A DNA stretch of 64,000 nucleotides from Mobula hypostoma (Eukaryota), in contig NC_086100.1 in NCBI RefSeq assembly GCF_963921235.1, positions 201,192,001-201,256,000 on the forward strand, given 5' to 3'. Both the position numbers and the translations under genes were made by a program. Position 1 is the first letter of the stretch. Each line of letters starts with the position of its first letter. This document shows positions 21,960 through 33,960 of the stretch, piece after piece. Below the pieces are notes generated by a model that saw only the letters and a list, made by a program, of their open reading frames with translations, made no database searches and was not told the DNA's origin.

Positions 21960-24900
21960 AGAAGCATAGAAACATAGAAAACCTACAGTACAATACAGGT
22001 CAAACATGTTCTTAGCTTAAAAATTACCTAGAGTTACCCATAGCCCTCTATTTTCCTAAGCTCCATGTACCTATCCAGGAGTCTCTGAAAAGACCCTATC
22101 GTATCCGCCTCCACCACTTCGCTGGCAGCCCATTCCACGCACTCACCACTCTCTGCATAAAAAATTTACCACTGACATCTTCTTGATACCTACTTCCAAG
22201 CACTTAAAATTGTGCCCTCTGGTTCTAGTCATTTCAGCCCTGGGAAAAAGCCTCTGACTATCCACACGATCAATGCCTCTCATTATCTTATACACCTCTA
22301 TCAGGTCACCTCTCATCCTCCGTTGCTCCAAGGAGAAAAGGCCGAGTTCACTCAACCTATTCTCATAAGGCATGCTCCCCAATCCAGGCAACATCCTTGT
22401 AAATCTCCCCTGCACCCTTTCTATGGTTTCCACATCCTTCCTGTAGTGAGGTGACCAGAACTGAGCACAGTACTCCAAGTGGGGTCTGACCAGGGTCCTA
22501 TATAGCTGCAACATTACCTTTCGGCTCCTAAACTCAATTCCACGATTGATGAAGGCCAATGCACCGTATGCCTTCTTAACCACAGAGTCAACCTGCACAG
22601 CAGCTTTGAGTGTCCTATGGACTCGGACCCCAAGATCCCTCTGATCCTCCACACTGCCGAGAGTCTTATCATTAATACTATATTCTGCCATCATTTTTGA
22701 CCTACCAAAATGAACTACCTCACACTTATCTGGGTTGAACTCCATATGCCACTTCTCAGCCCAGTTTTGCATCCTATCAATGTCCCATTGTAACCTCTCA
22801 CAACCCTTCACACTATCCACAACACCCCCAACCTTTGTGTCATCGGCAAATTTACTAACCCATCCCTCCACTTCCTCATCCAGGTTATTTATAAAAATCA
22901 CGAAGAGTAAGGGTCCCAGAACAGATCCCTGAGGCACACCACTGGTCACAGACCTCCATGCAGAATATGACCCGTCTACAACCACTCTTTGCTTTCTGTG
23001 GGCAAGGCAGTTCTGGATCCAAAAAGCAATGTCCCCTTGGATCCCATGCCTCTTTACTTTCTCAATAAGCCTTGTAATGGGGTACTTTATCAAATGCCTT
23101 GCTGAAATCCATATACACTACATCTACTGCTCTTCCTTCATCAATGTGTTTAGTCACATCCTCAAAAAATTCAATCAGTCTCGTAAGGCACAACCTGCCC
23201 TTGACAAAGCCATGCTGACTATTCCTAATCATATTATACCTCTCCAAATGTTCATAAATCCTGCCTTTCAGGATCTTCTCCATCAACTTACCAACCACTG
23301 AAGTAAGACTCACTGGTCTATAATTTCCTGGGCTACCTCTACTCCCTTTCTTGAATAAGGCAACAACATCCACAGCACTCCAAACCTCCGGAACCTCTCC
23401 CGTCCCCATTGATGATGCAAAGAACATCACCAGAGGCTCTGCAATCTCATCCCTAGCCTCCTACAGTAGCCTGGGGTACATCTCGTCCGGTCCCAGTGTC
23501 TTATCCAACTTGATGCTTTTCAAAGTCTCCAGCACATCCTCTTTCTTAATATCCACATGCTCAAACTTTTCAGTCCACTGTAAGGTATCTCTACCAACGC
23601 CAAGATCCTTTACCGTAGTGAATACTGAAGCAAAGTATTCATTAAGTACCTCTGCTATCTCCTCTGGTTCCATACACACTTTTCCACTGTCACACTTGAT
23701 TGGTCCTATTCTCTCACATCTTATCCTCTTGTTCTTCATATACTTGTAGAATGCCTTGGGGTTTTCCTTAATCCTGTCCACTAAGGCCTTCTCATGGCCC
23801 CTTCTGGATCTCCTAATTTCTTTTGAAAGCTCCTTCCTGCTAGCCTTATAATCTTCTAGATCTCTATCATTACCTAGTTTTTGAACTTTTTCTTTTCTTC
23901 TTGACGACGGCCTTTGTACACCACGGTTCCTGTACCCAACCATTCTTTCCCTGTATTTTTGGAGAAGTACCTATACAGAACTCCACACAAATACCCTCTG
24001 GACATTTGCCAGATTTCTGCCATAAATTTCCACAAGAACATCCGTTCCCAATTTATGCTTCCAAGTTCCTGCCTGATAGCTTCATATATCCCCTTACTCC
24101 AAATACACGCTTTCCTAACTTGTCTGTTCCTATCCCTCTCCAATGTTATGGTAAAGGAGATAGAATTGTGATCATTATCTCCAAAATGCTCTCCCTCTGA
24201 GAGATCTGACACCTGACCAGTTTCATTTCCCAATACCAGATCAAGTACAGCCTCTCCTCTTGTAGGCTTATCTACATATTGTGTCAAGAAACCTTCCTGA
24301 ACACACCTAACAAACTCCACCCCATCTAAACCCCTTGCTCTAGGGAGATGCCAATCGATATTTGGGAAATTAAAATCTCCCACCACGAAAACTCTTATTA
24401 TTACATCTTTCCAGAATCTGTCTCCCTGTCTACTCCTCGATGTCCCTGTTACTATTGGGTGATCTATAAAAACACCCAGTAGAGTTGTTGACTGCTTTCT
24501 GCTCCTAACCTCCACCCACAGAGACTCCGTAGACAATCCCTCCATGACTTCCTCCTTTTCTGCAGCCGTGACTCTATCTCTGATCAACAGTGCCACGCCC
24601 CCACCTCTTTTGCCTCCCTCCCTGCCCTTTGTGAAACATCTAAAACCCGGTACTTGAAGTAACCATTCCTGTCCCTGAGCCATCCAAGCCTCTGTAATGG
24701 CCACCACTTCATAGCTCCAAGTACTGATCCACGCTCGAAGCTCATCTGCTTTGTTCATCATTCTCCTTTCATTTAAATAGACACATCTGAAACCATCGGT
24801 CTGAGCACATCCTTTCTCTTTCACCTGCCTATCCTCCCTCTCGCACTGTCCACTAGCTTTCTCTATTTGTGAGCCTACCTCCTCTTCCTCCGTTTCTTCA

Positions 24901-24962
24901 GTTCGGTTCCCAGCCCCCAGCAATTGTAGTTGAAACTCTCCCCAATAGCCTGAGCAAACCTC
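21960..24962 (-). mobile_element. Near-complete ORF2 of a CR1-type LINE (APE endonuclease + RT + tail), frameshifted
   Basis: ORFs 23874-24923 (VAITE.W, GDFNFP, DHN), 23461-23943, 23062-23430, 22143-23093 (KFADDTK). Confidence 0.95.
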
Positions 24963-25152
24963 CCTAGTGGAATGGGCTGCCAGCGATGGTGGTGGAGGCA
25001 GATACGGTAGTGTCTTTTAAGAGACTCCTGGACAGGTACATGGAGTTTAGAAAAATAGAAGGCTATTTTAGGTAATTTCTCAAGTAAGTACATGCTCAGC
25101 ACAGCATTATGGGCCAAAGGGCCTGTATTGTGCTGTCGATTTTTCTATGTTT

Positions 25153-28100
25153 CGGTAGAGCTGTTAGGGAGGGTTTAAACTAATTGGGCAGTGGGATGGG
25201 AACTGGAGTGATCGGGCTGAGTAAAGAGAAAACAGAAATAAATCAAAGATAGCATGCCACAGAGATGACAGAAAGAACAGGCAGGAGATGAGGATTAATC
25301 ACAGCCAGTGGGATGAGTTACAGGGCAATAGAGGTGTGGTGCAGTTAAAACAGAAAACAACAAATACTGGACTGAGAGTGTTGTATTTGAATGCACGCAG
25401 CATAAGAAATAAATGGACAATCTTGAAATTCAGGTACAGATTGGCAAGATAGGTTAGTAGGCAGAGGGGGTAGTGTGGCCCTGTGTATAAGAAATAATAT
25501 TAAATCATTAGAAAGGGATGACATAGGATTGGAAGGTGTAGAGTCTCTATGGGATGAGTAATAAATGGTAAGGGTAAAAGGACCCTAATGACAGTTGTAT
25601 ACAGGCCACCAAACAGCAGCCAGGATGTGGATTACAAATTTCAGCAGGAGATAGAAAAGGCGTGTCAGAAAGGCAATGTCATGATAATCGTTGGGGATTT
25701 TAACATGAAAGTGGATTGGGAAAACCAGACCAGTACTGGACCCCAAGAGAGAGAATTTATAGAATGTCTAAGGGATGGTTTTTTTTAGAACAGCTTGTTG
25801 TTGAGCCCACTAGGGGATTGGCTGTGCTGGATTGGGTGTTGTGCAATGTTCCAGAGGCGTTAAGAGAGTTTAAGGTTAAGGAACCCTTAGGGAACAGTGA
25901 TCACAATATGATTGAGTTCACTTTGAAACTTGAGAGGGAAAAAATAAATTCCAATGTGTTGGTATTTCAGTGGAATAAAGGAAATTACAATGGCATGAGA
26001 GGGGAACTGGCCAAAGTTGACTGGAAAGAGACACTAGCAGGAAGGACAGCAGAGCAACAATGGCTGAAGTTTCTGCGAAAAATGAGGGAAGTGTTCTAAA
26101 TAAGAAGAAATTTTCGAATGGAAGAAGGACACCACTGTGGCTGACAAGTGAAGTCAGAGCCAAAGTAAAAACAAAAGAGAGGGCATACAAGGAAGCCAAA
26201 GCTAGTTGGAAGATAGAGGATTGGGAAGCTTTAAAAATTTGCAGAAGGAAATTAAGGTCATTCGGAAGGAAAAGATGAATTATGAGAGGAAGCTGGTGAC
26301 TAATATCAAAGAAGATACTAAAAGCTTTTTTAATTACATAAAGGGTAAAAGAGAGTCGAGGGTAGATATAGGACCAATAGAAAATGATACTGGAGACATT
26401 GTAACGAGAGATGCAGAGATGGCAGAGGAACTGAATGTGTATTTTGCATCAGTCTTCACAGTGGAAGACATCTGTAGTATACTGGACATTTAAGAGGTCA
26501 GGGAAGTGAAGTACGTGCAGTGAAAATTATGACTGAGAAGGTGCTCAGGAAACTTAATGGTCTGAGGGTGGATAAATCTCCTGGACCTGATGTAATGCAC
26601 CCTCGGGTTCTGAAGGAAGTAGCTGGAGAGATTGCAGAGGCATTAACTCCTGCACCTATTTTCTATGTTTCTATGTTTCTATGTTAACAATGATCTTTCA
26701 AGAAATTGGATTTTCAGAAGGCCTTTGACAGGGTGCTGCACATGGTCGGCAGAAAACTGAGAGCAGGAATAAAGGGATCCTATTCTGGCTGGCTGCCGGT
26801 TACCATTGGAGTTCCACAGGGGTTCGTGTTGGGACTGTTGCTTTTTACGATATATGTCAATGATTTGGACTGTGGTATTAATGGATTTGTGGCTAAATTT
26901 GTTGATTATACAAGGCTAGGTGGAGGAGTGGGAATGTTGAGGAAACAGAGAGTCTGCAGAGAGACTTAGATAGTTTAGGAGAACGGGCAAAGAAGTGGCA
27001 AATGAAATACAATGTTGGAAAGTGTATGGTCATGCACTTTGGTGGAAGAAATAAACAGGCAGACTATTATTTAGATGGGGACAGAATTCAAAATGCAGAG
27101 ATGCAAAGGGACTTGGGAGTCCTTGTGCAAGATACCCTAAAGGTTAACCTCCAGGCTGGGTCGGTGCTGAAGAAGGGGAATGCAATGTTGGCATTAGTTT
27201 CTAGAGGTTTTGAATATAAGAGCAGGGATGTGATGTTGAGGCTCTATAAGGCACTTGTGAGACCACACTTGGAGTATTGTGTGCAGTTTTGAGCTCCTTA
27301 TTTTAAACGCATCCTCCTCACTGACGATCAACACTGATGCACCTCAGGGGTGTGTGTTTGGCCCACTGCTCTACTCTCTCTGTACCCATGACCATGTGAC
27401 CAGGCACAGCTCAAATACCATCTATAAATTTGCTGACGATACAACCACTGTTAGTAGAATCTCAGGTGGTGACGAGAGGGTGTACAGGAGTGAGATATGC
27501 CAACCAGTGGAGTGGTGTCGCAGCAACAACCTGGCACTCAACATCAGTAAGACGGAAGAACTGATTGTGGACTTCAGGAAGGGTAAGACGAAGGAACACA
27601 TACCAATCCTCATAGAGGGATCAGAAGTGGAGGCAATGAGCAGCTTCTAGTTCCTGGGTGGCAAGACCTCTGAGGATCTAACCTGGTCCCAACATATCGA
27701 TGTAGTTATAAAGAAGGCAAGACAGCAGCTATACTTCTTTAGGAGTGTGAAGAGATTTGGTATGTTAACAAATACACTCAAAAACTTCTATAGTTGTACC
27801 GTGGAGAGCATTCTGACAGGCTGTATCACTGTCTGGTATGGAGGGGCTGCTGCACAGGACCAAAAGAAGCTGCAGAGGATTGTAAATTTAGTCGGCTCCA
27901 TCTTGGCACTAGCCTAGAAAGTACCCAGGACATCTTCAGGGAGCAGTGTCTCAGAAAGGCACACACTCAGTGATTCAGGAACAGCTTCTTCCCCTCTGCC
28001 ATCTGATTCCTAAATGGACATTGAACCCATGGACGCTACCTCACTTTTTTAAAATATACAGTATTTCTGTTTCTTGCAAGGTTTTAAAAATCTATTCAAT

Positions 28101-28690
28101 ATACGTATGCTGTAATTGATTTATTTGTTATTGTTATATTTATTCCTAATTTTTTCTCTTCTATATTATGTATGAACTGCAGCTAAGTGAACAAATTTCC
28201 AGTCACGTGCTGGTGATAATAAAACTGATTCTGAGAAAAGATATACTGACATTGGTATAGAGAAGATTCACGAGAATGATTCCAGGAATGAGAGGGTTAC
28301 TGTATGAGGGATGTCTAGCAGCTTTTGGGCTGTATTCCCTGGAGTTCAGGAGAATAATGGGGGGATCTTATAGAAACATTCTGAATATTAAAAAGCCTGG
28401 ACAGATTAGATATGGCAAAGTTATTTCCCATGGTAGGGGAGTCTAGGACAAGAGAGCATGACTTCAGGATTGAAGGACGTCCATTCAGAACAGAGTTCCG
28501 GAGAAATTACTTTAGTCAGAGGGTGGTAAATCTGTGGAATTTGTGGCCATGAGCAGCTGGGGAGGCCAAGTCATTGGGTGTATTTAAGGGAGAGATAGAT
28601 CGGTTCTTGGTTTGCCAGGGCATCGAAGGGCATGGGGAGAGGGCAGGGGTCTGGAGATGACCCACTTCTGCTCCTAAATCTTACGGGTTA
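25153..28690 (+). mobile_element. CR1-type LINE ORF2, decayed, interrupted by a Rex1-like element
   Basis: YRPPNS, GDFN, SDHNMIEF, LYKALVRPHLEYC; resumes at ~28234. Confidence 0.9.
27308..28233 (+). mobile_element. Rex1/Babar-like LINE, 5'-truncated
   Basis: APQGCV..PLLYSL.THD, KFADDTT, LNISKT.ELIVDFRK; AATAAA-CTGATTCTGA tail; same family as 58285-60420. Confidence 0.9.
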
Positions 28691-28694
28691 TTAC

Positions 28695-30330
28695 ACAACA
28701 CCCAATCTAAGATAGCCCTTCCTCGAGTAGGCTCAAGCACAAGCTGCTTTAAAAATCCATCTCATAAGCACTCAACAAATTCCCTCTCTTGTGATCCGAC
28801 ACCAAACTGATTTTCCCAATCCCCTTGCGTATTGAAGTCCCCCATTACAATTGTGACATTACCCTAATTACATGCCATTTCCAGCTCTTTGCAATCTCAA
28901 CCCTACATCTTGGCTGCTATTTGGAGGCCTAATCATGATTCCCAAAGTGATTTTTTTATCCTCACAGTTTTGACACTCCACCCACAATTTCAACATTCTC
29001 TGACCCTGTGTCACCTCTTTCTAAAGATTAATTCCATCTCTTACCAACAGAGCCACAGCACGGTCTGTGCCTTCCTGTCTGTCCTTTCAATACAAAGTAT
29101 ATCCTTTGATGTTAAGCTCTCAACTTTTGCCTTCTTTCAACCACAACTCAGGGATTCCCACAATGTCTTACTGACCAATCTCTAATTGCACCACGAGTTC
29201 ATCCACCTTATTCTGAATGCTACTCACATTTAAATACAGAACCTTCGGTCCTACATTTTTCACCCTTTTGAATTTTGCCTCCGAGTTACAGTTTAACTCT
29301 TTGCTCTGTCTGCATTTGTACCTAATCATTGGTTTGTCCTTCCTTACATTCATGTTACACCCATCATCTATTTGTAAACCTACTGGCTCATCCTCAGCTC
29401 CATCATACTGGTTCCCATCCCCCTGCCATAGTAGTTTAAACCACTCCCAACAGCTCTAGCAAACCCGCCCATAAGAATATTGGTCCCCCTCAGATTCAGG
29501 TGCAACCTGTCCTTTTTGTACAGGTCCCACCTGCCCCAGAAGAGGTCCCAATGATCCAGAAATCTGAATCCCTGCCTCCTGTGTCACCAGGTTCGGATAC
29601 GGCCCAAGTGTGGAGCGAGAGATACTGAAGCAGGTCGATAGTTCACAGACTTTAATGCCAACAGAGTTAAAGGGAAAATAAAACAATAAACGTGAGTCCA
29701 AACAGGGCCGCTAACTAAAACACTGAAATGGAAAATGAAGTCTACACTGCGGCTGAAAATAACAACTAAATATTAAACGAATACCGCGAGTCTTCAGAGT
29801 CAGTTGACTCAACAGTCCAATTTCTCAGGCAAGGCCCAATGGAAACAGACAACGAAGTGTTGCCGTACTGTGTCCAAGTCTTGACAAGCACTATGACAAC
29901 AACTGTGGAGTTAAATACTATCACTAAAATAATAATTAGCTGACACGTGCATAATCACAAGCGCAATTGCCATATCTACTGTGCTGCCGAATCCGTGGTT
30001 GTGACACCCTGCTCCAATCCTTCAGCCACGCATTTATATGTCACCTCATTCTATTCCTATCCTCACTGTCGCGTGCTACAGACAGCAGTCCCGAGACTTC
30101 TACCCTTGAGGTCCTGCTTCTCAGCTTCCTTCCTAACTCCCTGTGTTCTGTTTTCAGGACCTCCTCCCTTTTTCTTCCTATGCCGTTGGTACCAATATGT
30201 ACCATGACTTCTAGCTGTTCACCCTCCCTTTTCAAGATATTGTGGGCACGTACAGAAACATCTTGGACTTTGGCACCTGGGAGGCAAACTACTATCCGTG
30301 TTTTCTTTTTGTGTCCACATACTCGTCTAT
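28695..30330 (-). mobile_element. CR1-type LINE ORF1 (esterase-like) to endonuclease fragment
   Basis: VHIGTNGIGRK (30041-30235), LKVLYLNVSSIQNKVDEL-like ORF 29168-29353. Confidence 0.85.
29582..30006 (-). mobile_element. Solo LTR (425 bp) inserted in CR1 ORF1
   Basis: TGTCAC...GTGACA inverted termini; flanks TCCTG/CCCTG (5-bp TSD, one mismatch); host CR1 rejoins on removal; minus-strand TATTTAA and ATTAAA. Confidence 0.8.
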
Positions 30331-30592
30331 CTGTTGGAAGTTGTTGGAAATTGTTGGAAGTTAGCTTGTTGGGAAGCTATTAAAAACCAACAGAAGACTA
30401 CTAACAAAGTCATTAAAAAGGAAAAGATGGAATTCAAAAGTAGGCTAATGTTAAAGAGGATAACAAAAGTTTCTTCAGATACATAAAGTGTAAAAGAGAG
30501 GTGAGGGTTGTTACTGGACCGCTGGAAAACGATGCTTGAGAGACAGCAATGGGAAGACAAGGAAATGGTGGACAAACTGAATAAGTATTTTC

Positions 30593-33500
30593 ACAAGATC
30601 ACAAGATCAGAAGACAAAGGAGCAGAAGTAGGCTATTCGGCCCATCGAGTCTGCTCCGCCACTCCACCATGAGCTAAACTATTCTCCCATCTAGTTCCAA
30701 TATCCGGCTTTTTCCCCATATCTCTTGATACCCTGACTAATTAGATACCTATCAATCTCCTCCTGAAACACCCTCAATGATCGGGCCTCCACAGCTGTAT
30801 GTGGCAACGAATTCCACAAATCCACGACCCTCTGGCTAAAAAAATTTCTCCTCATCTCTGTTTTAAATGGGTACCCTCTAATTCTAAGACTGTGGCTTCT
30901 TGTCCTGGACTCACCCACCAAGGGAAACAGCCTTTCCACATCTACTCTGTCCAACTCTTTCAACGTTCGAAATGTTTCTATGAGATCCCCTCTCATTCTT
31001 CTATACTCTAATGAATACAGTTCAAGAGCCATCAAACGATCCTCATATGTTAGCCCCTGTATTCCAGGAATCATCCTCGTAAATCTTCTCTGAACTCTCT
31101 CCAACATCAGTACAACCCTTCTAAGATAGGGGGCCCAAAACTGCACACAGTATTCCAAATGAGGTCTCACCAGTGCCCCATAGAGCCTCATCAACACCTC
31201 CTTACTCTTATACACTATTCCTCTTGAAATGAATGCCAACATAGCATTCGCTTTCCTTACTACCGATCCAACCTGGTGGTTAACCTTTAGGGTATCCTGC
31301 ACGAGGACCCCCAAGTCCCTTTGCACTTCCGATTTTTGAATTTTCTCCCCATCTAAATAATAATCTGCCCGATTATTTCTTCTTCCAAAATGTACAACCG
31401 TACATTTCTCAACGTTGTATCTCATCTGCCATTTTCTTTGCCCACTCTCCTAAACTGACCAAGTCTCTCTGCAACCTTTCCGTTTCTTCAACACTTCCTG
31501 CTCCTCCACCTATCTTGGTGTCATCTGCAAACTTGGCCACAAAACCATTTAATCCATTATCCAAATCATTGATATACATTGTAAAAAGAAGCGGCCCCAA
31601 CACCGACCCCTGCGGAACACCACTAGTAACCGGCAACCAGTCAGAATAGGATCCCTTTATTCCCACCCTTTGCTTTCTGCCTATCAGCCAATGCTCCACC
31701 CATTTCAATATCTTTCCTATAATTCCATGGGCTCTCATCTTATTAAGCAGCCTCATATGCGGCACCTTATCAAAGGCCTTTTGAAAATCCAAATACACAA
31801 CATCCACAGCCTCTCCCTTGTCAATCTTATTTGAGATTACCTCAAAAAATTCCAATAGGTTGGTGAGGTAGGATCTTCCCTTCATGAAACCATGCTGGCT
31901 TGGGCCTATCTTGTCATGCACCTCGAGGTATTTCATAACCTCGTCCTTGAGGATCAACTCCAATAACTTTCCAACTACTGATGTCAGACTAATAGGTCTG
32001 TAATTTTCCTTTTGCTGCCTCCCTCCTTTCTTAAACAGCGGAACTACATTTGCGACCTTCCAGTCCTCCAGAACCATGCCAGAGTCTATTGATTCCTGGA
32101 AGGTCATTTCCAATGCCTCCACAATCTCCAAAGCCACCTCCTTCAGAACCTGTGGGTGCACCTCATCCAGGCCAGGAGACTTATCTATTCTTAGTCCATT
32201 TAGCTTCCCAAGCACTTTCTCTCTATAATCTTGACTGTCCCTAATTCTATTCCCTGAGACCTCTGGCTATCAGGTATATTGCTCATGTCTTCCACTGTGA
32301 AGACTGATGCAAAGTACTCATTTAGTTCCTCTGCCATCTCTTTGTTACCCATTATAATTTGTCCAGCATCAATTTCAATCGGTCCTATATCTACTCGTGT
32401 CACTCTTTTACTCTTCATATATTTAAAAAAACTCTTAGTATCCTTTTTTATGTTAATCGCCAACTTCCTTTCATAATTCATCTTTTCTTTCCTAATGACT
32501 TTCTTAGTTTCCTTCTGTAAGTGTTTAAAAGTCTTCCAGCCCTCATTTTTCCCACTAATTTTTGCATCCTTGTACGCCATCTCTTTTGCTTTTATTTTTG
32601 CCTTAACCTCTCTCGTTAGCCACATTTGTGCCATTTTTCCATTCATGATTTTTTTTCTTGGAATATATTTTTCCTGCATTTTCCTTATTTCTTGCAGGAA
32701 CTTCATCCAATTCTGCTCTACCATCCCTCCATCTAGCTTACTTTTCCAATCGACCTGGGCCAGTTCCTCTCTCATACCACTGTAATATCCTTTGTTCCAC
32801 TGAAATATCGATATACCTGATACCAGCTTCTCTTTTTCAAATTTGAAACTGAACTCAATCATATTATGATCACTACTTCCAAGGGGTTCCTTTACCTCCA
32901 GCTCCCTAATCGCCTCAGGTTCGTTACACAGCACCCAATCCAAAACAGCCGATTCCCTGGTGGGCTTTTGGACAAGCTGCTCCAAAAAGCCATCCCATAG
33001 GCATTATACAAACTCCCTCTCCTGAGATCCAGTACCGTCCTGACTTTCCCAATCCACTTTCATATTAAAATCCCCCATAATTATCTTGACAATTTCTTTC
33101 TGACACACTTTTTCTATTTCCAGCTGTAACTTGCAGTCCACATCCCGGCTGCTGTTTGGAGGCCTGTATATAACTGCTATTAGTGTCTTTTTACCCTTGC
33201 CATTTCTTAACTCGACCCATAAGGATTCTACCTCTTCTGATCCTATGTCCCTTCTTTCTAGTGATTTGATATCGTTACTTACCATCAGGGCCACGCCACC
33301 CCCTTTACCTACCTTCCTATCCTTCCTGTACACTGTGTATCCTTGGATATTCAGCTCCCAATCATATCCATCATTTAGCCATGACTCGGTGATGGCCACA
33401 ATGTCATATCCTGCTGCTGTACAACAAGGTCATCCACTTTATTTCTAATGCTGCGTGCATTTAAGTACAGTACATTTAGATCAATATCTGTTACTGATTT

Positions 33501-33960
33501 TGCTATATTTCTATCACACAACAAATTATCCTGTCTATTCACCTGCCTGTCCTTCTTTCCATCTTTGCTGCACAGTATCTTTGACTTATTTCTATTTTCC
33601 TCTTCCTTGACGCTAACACCCTGGCTTCCTTCCCCCTGACAACTTAGTTTAAACCTTCCCTAACAGCTATATTAAACAATCCCGCCAGGATGTTAGTACC
33701 CTTTGAGTTCAGGTGTAACCCATCATTTTTGTATAAGTCATACCTCCCCCAAAATAGATCCCAATGATCCAAGAATTTGAAGCCCTGCCCCCTGCACCAG
33801 TTACTTAGCCACACATTCATCTGCTTAATTCTGCTATTCTTACCTTCATTAGCGCGCAGCTCAGGCAGCAATCCTTAGATTATTACTCTGGAGGTCCGGC
33901 TTTTCAATTTTCTTCCTAGCTCCCAGTAATCTTCCTTCAGGACCTCCTCTCTTTTTCTTT
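30593..33960 (-). mobile_element. Young CR1-type LINE: ORF1 C-terminus + whole ORF2 split by a few frameshifts/stops
   Basis: Consecutive ORFs 33644-33871 (DGLHLN, SGNH-like), 33004-33399, 32200-32985, 31409-32215, 30691-31425; short repeat tail at ~30593. Confidence 0.96.
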
